64,000 nucleotides of DNA from Neophaeotheca triangularis (lineage: Eukaryota), in contig BAAIJX010000013.1 of the NCBI GenBank assembly GCA_054600435.1, positions 62,001 through 126,000 of the forward strand. Reading direction: 5' to 3'. Made by a program: the position numbers and the translations under genes. This document shows positions 1 to 11,600 of this stretch, piece by piece. The notes under the pieces are model-generated. The model saw only the letters and a program-made list of their open reading frames with translations, was not told where the DNA came from and did not search any database. The first letter of the stretch is position 1. Every line of letters begins with the position of its first letter.

Positions 1-732
1 TGCAACACGCACATCAGCTACACCCCTCCCCTCCCACCCACCACCACCACCACCACCAAACCTACACAGGGAGATAGACAAGGAACTCACAAACTTAAAC
101 TCCGTCGTAATCTTCCTCAAAATCATGCCCGTTCCCCTCGGCGTCCACAACTCACTCCACTCCCTCGAATGCCCCGGGTCCACAAACCGCGCAATCTTCT
201 GCGCCCACTGCACGCGCCCGGACTCGGCATAGCGGTTGTAAACGACATTGTTGACGTGACCCTTTTACCCGAGAAAAAAAAAGGGAGAGAATTAACACCT
301 CAGAACCTGCGTCTTCTCACCCAGCCTCCCACCCCTGATATCCATCCACCCGTGCGTACTGCGGGAAAGAAGGCTTACCATACTGTCCATCTCGCCCCAC
401 ACGACTTCCTGCCGGAACAGTCCCCGGCGCTTACGGTCTGTGAGGAAGCCCTCGCTCCCCGCTGTCAGTTGGCGCCAGTCGCGGGCCAGTTGTTGCAGGA
501 TCGCGCCGGCTTTTTGCGCTTGCGGGGGGTGTAGGCCGAAGAGGATGCATTTTCCTACTCGTCCTTTGGTTTCGGAGAGCCAGCGGGGGTTTGGCGCGGT
601 TGTGGAGGGGTCGGGAGGTGAGGCCGTTGGGATCGAGAGGGTTCGTCGTTGACGGGTGAGGAGGGTGGATGGTTTGCTGAGCTGTGGGCCAAGGGTGGAG
701 GGGAGGGCGGAGGATGGGCGCGGGGGCGGCAT
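1..732 (-). CDS. Hot-dog fold thioesterase (4HBT-like), probably mitochondrial; 3' end runs off the window
   Basis: Exon 732-379, intron 378-262 (GTAAGC..AAG), exon 261-91 give VVWGEMDSM|GHVNNVVYNRYAESGR, the thioesterase D-x-x-G-H-V-N-N motif. Next intron starts at 90 (GTGAGT). R/S-rich N-terminus. Confidence 0.8.
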
Positions 733-1144
733 GGTGGTGTTGGATATAGTCGCTTGTTGTGTTGTACTTGGATCTGTTTAATCTATTATAAGAGAGAGAT
801 GTTGAGATGTTGTGTGCAAATGAATAAGAGTGGAGGCTTTGATCGATTGTCCTGTAACTGGGCTGAAGCTGAAGCTCGAGTCGTTCCTGACCTCGGATGT
901 CAGAGCTTCGATGATGAAAGACATCCTGTCCATTCGTGTTCATCGTGTTCATCGTATTCATCGTGTTCATCGCGATTAAAGTACATTCCTTCTACCTTTT
1001 CCTTTACAACATAGTCCCACGATCATAAGAACAGACCTAGTCCGATACAATACAATTGAACCGAAACACCCTCTTCCCGCTCGAAAATAACCCTCCGCCA
1101 CAGCAGTCGAGCATTCTCGACAACTATCTAGTCCCAGCATCACC

Positions 1145-1647
1145 ATGGCCGCCTCATCACCCCTCCGCCACGAAGTAATCCGCATATATAAAGGTATCCA
1201 TCTACACGCCATCCAACAACGCAAACATATAAGAATCAGAATGGCAAAACTGAACAGACAACCCATCTCCCAGAGCTCCTCTACATGGGCCGAGAATACC
1301 CTCTAGGCTACGCCTATTTCCGGCCACGCCTCCACAAAGCCTTTGCCGCCAAAGCCAACCTCCAGGACGAGGCGGAAATTAAAAAGGGCATCGAGCAGGC
1401 CGAGTACGTAAAGAAAGGTGAGAGACTAAGCCGTACAGCAGGAAGATTGTCTTTGATGGAATTCGGGAATGCTAATTCGATATCCGCATGTACAGAAATC
1501 GAAGCACTGTAAGACCCACCCTGCTCGCTGCTGATAAAAAAGTGGTATCTTCATTCGCATCCGTCCTTGTTAACGCCAGAACGCCCGCCCAGATACTACC
1601 TCAAACGCTACCGCGCGCTCAAACAGCGCTACTCGGCGCCTTCGTAA
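1145..1647 (+). CDS. LYR-motif protein (LYRM5/ETFRF1-like), 86 aa, 4 exons
   Basis: Exons 1145-1193, 1274-1417, 1496-1508, 1593-1647 splice to [40 protein letters not shown]...[18 protein letters not shown]. All introns GT-AG. Confidence 0.85.
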
Positions 1648-1721
1648 ACCTCTGCGAAAGCCTCCACCAAACCCAAGCCCCCGGCAAACCGCTCAAATGA
1701 CCAAGCTCGAACGACAAGCTC

Positions 1722-3197
1722 TCAATCCTCCGCAATCTTAGTAGCCCACCAAGCACCCACCTCCAAGCACTCGCCGCTTAGCGCCTTCTTTGCTGGGTCC
1801 ATGAGATTTGTCATCATCGTCGCCCACCAGTGACTCCATTCTTCCGAGTTCTTGCCGCAAGCTTCCTTGAGTAGGGGCTCTAGGCTTTCGATCATTTGCA
1901 CTACGGTCAGGAGTGCTGTTTGGCGGAGTGCGGCTTGGTCAGCTGTGAGACCGGTTTCGGTGGACTTGGATTTACTTTTTGCCGGCGCTTGGTCGAGGGC
2001 GTTGTTGTTGCTTTTGGTGCGCGTGTGATGGGGTTGGTTGGGGTTTTGGCTGTTGGGGTTGTTGCCACCCTCGCGTTCCCACCGTAACTCGCCAAGTGGG
2101 ATAGCGACGCGGCGGATTCCCACGTCTGCTAAAGATTCCGGCTCCTGGTACATGACTTGCGCGATTCGAGCGCACGGGGTGGGTGGGAGTCGGCGGCGGT
2201 CGAGCGCCTCCTGGATCCAAGCGTTGGCTTGCCGGAGGTACTTATTCTGCGCCGGGGCAAACGGCGTGCTGGGGGAAATCAAAAACGTGCCCGTCTGCAG
2301 CGCGGTCTCGTGATCGGAGAGGCGTTTTGAAGGCGGGGGCGGCGGGTGCGGCAGCAGCGAGCGCAGCACGTGGTCCGATTCCCAAATCTCCAGCGTGCCG
2401 CCTTCGCGCAGCAGGCGGATGCAGTCGTCGATCATTGTTTGGAATAGCACGCCGAGGGGAATGACGAGGCTGAGGTCTTTGAGCATGATGAGGTCGAATT
2501 CCTCGTCGTCAAAGGGCAGCGGCATGCGCCGCATATCGTGCTGTACAAAAGTCCAGTTCACGCCCTGTTTCTTGAGATTAGGGGCTACGGGCGCGATATC
2601 CAGGCCTGTGAAGGAAACATTGGGATGGCCCAACGAGGTGAAGTATTCATGGCAAAGGGAGGACCAGTAACCGCCACCGCAACCCAGCTCTAGCACCTTC
2701 CGGGGTACGTCTTTTGAGACGCGCGGACTGCAGACGGGCCTGCTGAAGACGGTCGAGCCTAGCAATGTCCGTAGATTTTGTCGCTGCACTTCGGCCAAGT
2801 CCACGGGTAGTGGGTATGGCACGTCTCGTAGGCACCGTCGTCCGTTGCGCAATTCGTAGGGGTTGTTGAGTAGACTGCGTGGCGATTCGCGGCTGTGTGA
2901 CGAAGCGTTGCTGGAGCTCGAGACGGAGCCGGCGGAGATTTTGAGTGAGGGATCCATGGTATTCTTGTTGTTGGCTCTCACGGGTTCGTAACTGCCATGG
3001 CTCGTCGTGCGTTCCAGTTGCGGTCTCGAAGTCACAGCAGCAGCAGCAGCAGCAACAGCAGCACCGTCGCTGCTATGGCTCTGGCTGTGTTTGTGCTGGT
3101 GCAGTTGCTGCCGCTGGCGTTGCAGATTGGCGATGCGGCTTTTGTCGAATTCCCTCTGCGCCAGAGAGGGCGTGGCGTAGTAGATGTAGCCTTCCAT
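1722..3197 (-). CDS. Class I SAM-dependent methyltransferase (fungal LaeA/Methyltransf_23-like) with low-complexity N-terminus
   Basis: Motif I VLELGCGGGYW, FTGLDIAP, YPLPVDLAEVQRQ. First in-frame ATG at 3197; true start uncertain. Confidence 0.8.
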   Translation of the reverse strand: MEGYIYYATPSLAQREFDKSRIANLQRQRQQLHQHKHSQSHSSDGAAVAAAAAAVTSRPQLERTTSHGSYEPVRANNKNTMDPSLKISAGSVSSSSNASSHSRESPRSLLNNPYELRNGRRCLRDVPYPLPVDLAEVQRQNLRTLLGSTVFSRPVCSPRVSKDVPRKVLELGCGGGYWSSLCHEYFTSLGHPNVSFTGLDIAPVAPNLKKQGVNWTFVQHDMRRMPLPFDDEEFDLIMLKDLSLVIPLGVLFQTMIDDCIRLLREGGTLEIWESDHVLRSLLPHPPPPPSKRLSDHETALQTGTFLISPSTPFAPAQNKYLRQANAWIQEALDRRRLPPTPCARIAQVMYQEPESLADVGIRRVAIPLGELRWEREGGNNPNSQNPNQPHHTRTKSNNNALDQAPAKSKSKSTETGLTADQAALRQTALLTVVQMIESLEPLLKEACGKNSEEWSHWWATMMTNLMDPAKKALSGECLEVGAWWATKIAED

Positions 3198-3219
3198 GCC
3201 CGCCTCGAGCCCTCCGGCC

Positions 3220-3251
3220 CTCTCTCTCCCTCTCCCTCTCTCTCTCTCTCT
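3220..3251. repeat. Imperfect (CT)n/(GA)n microsatellite
   Basis: ctctctctccctctccctctctctctctctct. Confidence 0.8.
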
Positions 3252-5183
3252 GACTCCCGTCTCCCTCACCGTTGGTTGGTTGGGTGCTACCGACTAGTTG
3301 CTATTGGGCAATTGCGGTGTGGTTCGTTGCCGGCCGGACCCACTCTTCGGCGACGGGGCGTGGCATACAGTAGTGTCGTTGGTGGAGGTGGAACTGGATC
3401 CCGGGGCAGGGCGGAAAGGCAAGGTTTGGGGCTTTTGATACGTTGATATCCTCCGTTGGTGTGTTCAACTCTAAAGGCTGAGGGGGAGGGGTGTACTACT
3501 TTGTGCGAGACCAGAACAGAACAGTACGGTACACCTGTTGTGAATGCTAAACTGTCATATGATGAGGGGAGAGTCTCTCTTATAGCGAAGGGGAAGAGAG
3601 AGGGGCACCAAGACGGTTTATACTCTAGGTCCCCCTCGTTGTATATTGATATGTAGGGTACAGGCGTGTACATTTATTTGTATATCCCAAGTAGGTACCT
3701 ATAGTACCTTGTTAGGTACGGCAAGATGAGCTCGAAATTACAGGCTCGCTTTGCGACGGGAAAGGCGAGTTTAGGACAGACGAGACACGCATGATTGTTG
3801 GCTGGGAGCTGTGCCGCTTAAGTACCTAGAAGTAAGTGTACCTGAAATAATAATAATAATATCCGGTTTTCTCATTATTATTATTGCCCTACGATTTAAC
3901 GCTACCTAGCAGAGACGAACTAATAGTTGGCTAGAGGAGGATGTTAGTACCTATGTGTGATTTGCTGTGTGTGTCGGTTAGTAAGAGCCTGAGAGAGTCG
4001 CTTGGAAGCCTTTGAGCCCGTGTAGACACCTCACCGCCACAACTCACCCACAGTGAGTACCTGTGTCGAGGCCTAAGGCAGTCATTTTAGGTCATTTGTA
4101 GTCGAGCCATGGAGAGCATAAGGTAAGGTAGGTATGTTCTCGCATGCGGGAGGCATACCTAGTAAGGTACCTAGTATTAGTATCGTTATGTACCCGCGAA
4201 CAACGTCTGTCCTTCTGAACCGGAAATCTCGAGGCGAGGATGATGAAAGAAGATGTAGGTACCTTAGGTACCTATGGTCTTGATGCCCAGCTAGTGGTGA
4301 CGTCCAATGGTCATTACGAAAAGAACGGGCATGGTATCGTGGTGTTGGTCAATCTGATGGTTAAAATGAAACATTCTAGCATGGAATAGTATGACGATGA
4401 GTGGTAAGGAGGTAGATATGGATTGGATGACTGTAGCTACACTGGATGCGATACCCCATCAAGGCAAAGACAAGGCGAGACCTGTCATTACATAGTTACT
4501 ACTGCTAGTACTAGTACCACCTACCTACCTACTAGTACCTTGCTACCTAACCTACTCCCTCACGTGACGTCGAGGAACGGAGATCCACACAGGGAAGCTT
4601 CCGCGACGATAGATCTGGCTGGGCAGCTTGCAATGCCGCGACCTCATGCAGCATCAGCACCAGCACATCCTCCCTCTTCATCCAGCGCCGCAACCGATTC
4701 GCGTCCGTCAACTTTTCCATCATCTCAAGACGCGTCTCTCGTCCACTGCTACTACAGCTACTACCTTTTTTATTCTTTAACCATCGCCCACTCCCCTCCA
4801 GCTGTCCTCGGCCCGCAGACGCTGCTCCGCCGCCTCGTCTGTCGCTTGGTCGAATCCCGCCCACTCCTACGACTACGCGCGCATTCGATACCAGCCAGCA
4901 TCCCACTCGCTCTCCTCTCCTCTCACTCACCGGCAAGCACTTCTCAAGCTTCACCCTCTCCCCGTGAGCGCTGCGGTAAAGGGCTTTTCCGTCCCGCGCT
5001 TGCAAGCGGCGCTTGAGCAACGTCACTTCACCGCCGCTGCATATGAAGAGCTTGCGTGCTCATGAAGAAGAGAAGAGCTCGTGGTCCAACTTTTCATCAG
5101 ATTACCAGACACTTATCCCGCCCTACCTACCGTCCGCGTACACCGGATTGGGTTAGCAGTTTCACATAGCTCGTGGGCCTGTT

Positions 5184-7536
5184 ATGGCCGATGGTTACGC
5201 CCGGTATCCAACCGGCGGCCAGTATCTCTACCAAACCAACCACCACCAACAATCCGTCCCTCCCCGAAACCTCCACCACCGTAACGGCTCACCCATACCG
5301 AACAGTCGCGGTCTCTTCCAACCCCTCACAGACACCCCCTCGCCGAACCGCTCGCCTGGAACACACTCACCAGCGGGCAACCCATACAACATGTACAACC
5401 ATGCCAGCCACCGGCAAAACCATGCCCTCCTCAATGGCGCCGGGCACCAAAACTTCCAGCTGCAGATGAATATGCAAAAGCAATATCAGACCCAGAACCA
5501 CGGTCAGCATGCGCATCACCTGAATCAACACCATCAAGATCAAAGCGGACACGGCAACTTTGGCAGCCACCAACACAACATCTCTGCCAGCACTTTGTCA
5601 AACAACACACCCCAATTCACGCCCGCGCACCTCCAGAACGGCACGCCCAGCAGCGTTGGCGCTCTCTCAAAGCCTACAAACGAACATTGGCAGGAACAAA
5701 TCGAAGAGCAAGGACACTTGAGAGCAGCTGTTCGGGACGGCAAGCCTCACTATTACGCGCGTACTACTCCTAATGTGAGCAGGATGCCCGGCTCGGCACT
5801 TGGTCCGAATGCGGCGAGAACGGATGGCGAAGAGCACGGAGAACGTCGTAAAGTGACGGACGACGCCGAGGAGGACAATGTCTGGCAAGCAATCGACTTT
5901 GGCGGACAAGGTCTCAAGTGCATGGCGTCTCCCATCTTCCGCTACAAGTTCTTGCGCAAGATTTACTTTAACAACAACAAGCTCACATGGCTGCCGAGTG
6001 CCATTGGCGAAATGCGCAACTTGACGATCCTCGACCTGTCGCAGAACGATCTCCGAGAAATCCCAGCGGAAATCGGCATGCTCACCAATCTCAGGCGGCT
6101 GCTGTTGTACGACAACCAGCTAGCCGACCTGCCTTGGGAGATTGGGTACCTTGACAAGTTGCAGATGCTAGGGCTGGCGGGGAATGAAGAGCTGGCGGAT
6201 CATCTCAGGATCAAGATAGAGGAAGAGGGAACGCAGGAACTGGTGCAATACTTGCGCGAATCAGGACCGGGTATGGTTACCAATCGTTGCGGGGATTTAG
6301 GACCGTAATGCTAACATGGTCGCAGGCCCCCAACAACCACATGATCGCGATTTACTCAGCTTCGATGACGTGGAAGCCGGACAAGATACCATTTCCGTGA
6401 TGAGCTGGAACACCCTTTGCGACAGAGCGGCAACACATGCTCAGTACGGCCACGCCGCGCACTCTGTACTCGACTGGGAGAACCGGAAATGGATGATTGT
6501 GGATGAGGTCAGAGGGAGAAAGGCCGACATTTGTTGTCTTCAGGAAGTGGATGTGGAAAATTACCACAACTTTTTCCGGCCTGAACTCGCCAAGGACGAC
6601 TACAAGGGTGTCTTCTTCCCCAAGAACCGAGCGCGGACGATGGGAGAAATCGAGGCGAAGAACGTGGACGGATGCGCTACTTTCTACAATAACACAAAGT
6701 ACATCCTCCTGGACAAGCGCCTGATCCCCTTTAGTGTGGAGGCCATCAACCGACCGGATATGAAGGGATCTCACGACGTTTACAACCGCGTCATGCCCAA
6801 GGATCACATCGCTGTAGTCACATTCTTCGAGAACAGAATGACTGGCTCAAGACTGATCGTGGTCAACACTCACTTGGCGTGGGAAGTCTGGCTCGGTGAC
6901 GTGAAGCTCATCCAAGTGGCCATTCTCATGGAAAAGCTGGGCAAAATGGCCGAAGAATGGTCGAAAATGCCACCGCAAACCGACAAGGGCGTCTTCCGCT
7001 TCGCTAACGAAGACAACGACGACGGCAGCAACGGCGTACCACCCGAACCCCAACCGTCGATGAAGTACGACGACCCGACGCAAATACCGCTCCTCATCTG
7101 CGGCGACTTCAACTCCCTCTACGACTCGGGCGTATACGAACTCATGACGCAAGGCTCTCTCAGCAACTCTCACGCCGACCTGGGCACGCAAAAATACGGC
7201 GATTTCACCCGCAACGGTATCTCCCACCCCTTCTCGCTCAAGTCCGCCTATTCTCAGCGCGAAATCCCCTTTACAAACTACACGGTCGATTTCCAGGGCA
7301 CCATCGACTACATCTGGTTCTCGCAGAATGCCCTCTCCGTGACGGCGCTCTTAGGCCAGGTGGATCCCGCTTACATGCGTCTGGTACCTGGTTTCCCTAA
7401 CCACCACTTTCCTAGCGATCACTTGGCGCTGTATGCCGAGTTCGCCGTCAAGCAGCGTAAGGAGCGCAAAGTGGTGGAAGCGGATTTCGGGCCTTCATCT
7501 TCCAACAGGGGCGGCAAGGAGAATCGGCAGCATTGA
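5184..7536 (+). CDS. CCR4: CCR4 mRNA deadenylase (LRR + EEP nuclease), CCR4-NOT subunit
   Basis: His/Gln-rich N-terminus, LRRs, intron 6271-6325 (GTATGG..GCTAAC..CAG), EEP motifs ADICCLQEVD, ICGDFNS, TIDYIWFS, PSDHLAL. Confidence 0.95.
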
Positions 7537-8684
7537 GGGAGAAGAAGTTTGCGTGGACTGGCAGAGGAAAAGGGGGAATCTGTAAAGGTCATGGGTTGTT
7601 GTTTGATTTCCGGCGTTCTAGGGGCTGTGAGGCAAAGGCAAGGGGGGAGGCGCGGACACGGGGTCGGGTCGGTGGGCTTGTCTCTGATGTAACGAGATGG
7701 AAGTCGGCGAGAATATGCAGTCCTTTTTCTTCTTCTTTTCCTTCTCCTTCTTCCCTGCCTGCGTTGTTTTCTTGTTCTGATCGAGATTTTCTGAAGGATT
7801 GGGTGTTTTAAGCTTGTTGCTTGCTTGCTTTGTATATGGACTCGACTTGAGACTCGCTGGCTCGCGTCTTTTTGTGTATTACTTAGTCCCCGACTACTGA
7901 CTACTAATTGACGTGGTCTATTGCATTACTTTCGTTCCTACGAGGCTGCGCTAAGAAGCAATGGGTCGGTCATTCACTGCGGACAACCTGATGAGCTCCC
8001 AAGACCCTTAGGAAACGTCAACGCGGAGGGGCTGCGGCGGGCCTGCAGCCTCAGCAGTCAGTACTAGTAGTGAACGTGGACGGGGGATACTGCTCTTCAC
8101 ACCAGGGTGTTCAAGACTGTGGCTGAGAAGTCGCGAGGCCATCCCTCGTTCGCTGGAATGTTGTGAGGAATGAATGGTGTAGTGATCTCTACCCAGCTCA
8201 GCTAGCCGGGTTCAACCTCAGTTACAGTTGCCAATCAGTATTTGTCATGTACTGTTGGTACTGTGAGTACTGTGAGTACTGTGTTCACTATCAAATGTCT
8301 CCCTTGCTATTTTATATCTCTACCCAGTATATCAGCGGCCAAGCTCGGAGTGAAAGACTGCCAGTGGTTGTGGTTCGGCCGGGCCGCAGAGTGGGAAGTC
8401 TAACTAAGAGAGCTTCCTTCACCTGGCCATGCAAAACAAACATTGGCGTTCAACTAGGTAGGTACCTTAGTTGCCTTAACCTTACTCAGGCTCAGATTCG
8501 AGCGCGTCGCCAACTGCATAGCTCCCATCATCATCAGTGCAGACAAAATCACCATCCATCCCCTCCATGTCTCCCAATGCAACTCCACCCTCCTACCACC
8601 AACCTTCCCCCATGCGCTTTGACCACCCGGAATCGGAATCCGCGTCCGTAACACGCTAAAAACCGCCCAGCGACGATCGATCCA

Positions 8685-11600
8685 ATGCGGCAACAACAAC
8701 AGCAACAACAACAGCAACTCGCAAAACAACCCCAACGACCCACACAACCACCACCATCAACCCCCCAATCCCCGCAAATCTCGCCCCGCCGGCGCGCACA
8801 CCCTTTCCCCCTCCGTTCCCACTCCAACGCGACGCTCTTCGCCCAAGCGCGTCTCGACAGCCACACGGGCGCGACGGATGAGCTGCCTAGCTCCCCTCCT
8901 CCTGTAGGTGCTGCGACGCGCAGGAATAGCACCGCTAGTGCGGCGTTGAGGCGCATTATGAGTGAGAGTGTGCAGGGCTTTGATGGGATGGCGCAGGGGA
9001 GTGGGAGTGGGAGTGTGCGGAAGAGGCCGAGGAAGTTGAGGATGAGGGGGGATGGGGGAAGTCGGGATGAGGGGGGGAGTGTGGATGAGAGCGGGAATGC
9101 TGAGGGGAGGTCGGGTGGGGTTGGGGGGGTGAGGGAAGAGGAAGCTTCGAGGGAAGAGGGTGAGGGCGGCCAGGCGGAGAGGGAGGCTAGGGAGGAGTTT
9201 GAGCGCGAGGATGAGGATTTGCCCCAGTTACCTGAGGGGGATTATGGGTATTTGGATGAAGGGGATAGTTTCTTTCCGCGTGAGAGGGATGAGCGGGACA
9301 GGGTGCAAGAGGATGTGGAGGGTGATATGAGCGTGGACGAGCGCGAGATGCAGCGGCATTTGCAGGAGCAGGAATCGAGTTTTATCCCGGAGACTGCGGC
9401 GCCGGTGCAGGCTGACCGCTTGGGGGTCGATGATACGTACCTTGAGCTTGGGAAGCCGGGCAGGACGCCCCCGCCGGACGAGATGTTTGCGAGTCTGCAG
9501 GGTCAGGCGAAGGAGCACTTTGTTGAGCGGCATCGCAATGAGAGCAGCGAGATGGAACCGGATACGCCGGCTGATGCTTACAAAACGCCTGGGCCTGGGC
9601 GTCAGGAGGGGGATGATAGTTCTGCTATGGAGAGCCCTTCTTCTCCTGCTGAGGCTGCGGCCAAGCGGGGAAATAATCGCGCTGAGTCTAATGCCAGTGG
9701 TTCGCGGCCGACGAGTAGTAGCAACCGGCCGACTAGCAGCGGCAGGCGGCCGATCCTTGAGCCCAGCGCGTCCGCCATCGAGACTGTCTCGTTTTCTCGG
9801 CTGGGAGACTTTGCTCGCGAACCTCCTAGTCGTTCAAGCATGAGATCTAGTAGATCCGTGTCTGCAGACCCACAAAACGTCCCTTTGCCGCAGTCCGAGG
9901 GCCCTTCGATGCTGAGTGCCCGCGAGTCTCAGTCCTCCGACCGCTCGAGTTTGAGCAAGCGACCTAGCTATCTCAACCAACGCCAAGCGAGCCAACGATC
10001 TTCCACCTCTTCTGCCACCATGACTTCCGAACTGTCGGGTAGCGACAGTACTCTCAACGCTGACTACGCGCAGCTATCAGGTGGCGCAGTGTCTAACAAT
10101 GCTTCGCTGAACCGGTCCAACCGCCCAGGAAATGCGCTTTCGCGACTGCCCAGCTTGGGAAGCGTGGCCTCTTATATGTCGCACGACGAAGACAACCCTC
10201 CTCCCTTCCGCCGCGGTGTCAGTGGCACCTCGATGCTCGCGGGTAAGCTGGACAGACTCACGGAGGAGCGGCCTGACTCATCGCATTCCGGGCCAGAAAC
10301 TCCACGCGCGGCCAGCCCTAGTAAAAACGTCCCCACCGATACCGTGATCGCCCAGCATGTGCAGAGCATCCAAGTGCCCGAAACGATAGCGCGAGACTTC
10401 CGGACTAGGAATCGGTCGTCCTCGCCCGATAGACGGCCAGCTTCTTCCGGCGGTGCGGCTTTTGGCGCTGCCGATCGACCGCGGAAGACCTTGACGCTGA
10501 AGGAGCAGAATGGCAAAATTGACAAACTGACCAAGGAGAACTTTGACCTGAAGCTGAAAATACACTTTTTGGATCAGGCTTTGCAGAGCCGGTCTGATGA
10601 TGGCGTCAAGGAGATGATCGACAAGAGCGTCCAATACCAGACTGATCTTGCCAATGAACGCAAAGAGTCCCAGGGATTGAGGAGAAGGGTGCGAGAACTT
10701 GAGCGGGCTATTAAAGAGCAGCAAGAGGCTATGGCAGAAGGCGAGAGACAGAAGAAGGACGAGCCTGCGGATGACGATGACGATCCGACACTGCAGGCCG
10801 AGATGCACGAGGAAATTCTCTACTTACGCCAGCAGCTTGATTACTCTGAGAACCAGGTCACGAAACTGACGGAAGAGAGCGTCACTCGGGAGTCGGAGAA
10901 ACGCCAGATGGCAGAGCACATGCGAAGCATGGCGCGGTCACGGGGTGCGGATAGCTCTGGCGTCAAGGAGACTATGGAGATGTGGCAAGACTTACTCAAC
11001 GCTGAGACTGGCCGCCGCGAACAAGCCGAAGAGGATTTGCGAAAAACCCGAGAGGAGATTGCCGCGCTCAGGATCGAACGCGCTTCACCTTCTGTCGCTG
11101 CACGGGATGCGAAACCAAACAGCCGCAGGAGTCGCTTGGGCTACGCACGAAGCATCTCCGGCGACTCCGAGTATACGAACGGCATCAACGGCTCCTTGAC
11201 GGATTCAAGCGTTACCATGGTTGAACAGCTGAAGCACGAGAATGCGGAACTCAGGCGTGATCTCGGCGCACAAACTAGTATGCTCACTTCCCGCAACCGC
11301 GAGCGTGAGCGTTTGCAGCAGGAGATTGAGGATCTCAAGTTCCAGCGAAAGAGTGATGGTACGCGCTCCATGGCGGGTGAAAGCATTTTCGAGAGGTCCA
11401 TCTCGCGCGCTCATCAACGTGCGCCGTCCAGGGCGAGCGATCAAAACACTCACGTTACTGAAGCCGAGAGGGATGACTGGGATCGGAAAGAAGGTCAATT
11501 GCGAGATCAGAATGCAGAGCTGCGACTCAAATATCAGGAGCTTGAGCGGACGCACAACACTCATCTTCAATACGTCTCCGCGCTCGAAGGCGATTATCAA

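Noticed and set aside
3847..3885. Inverted repeat (AAT)n...(ATT)n as a MITE or hairpin
   Set aside because: Low-complexity arms, no target-site duplication or second copy.
8567..8670. Possible extra apsB exon through a 23-nt GTAACA..CAG intron
   Set aside because: Too short, and removing it does not join either upstream ATG to the 8685 frame.
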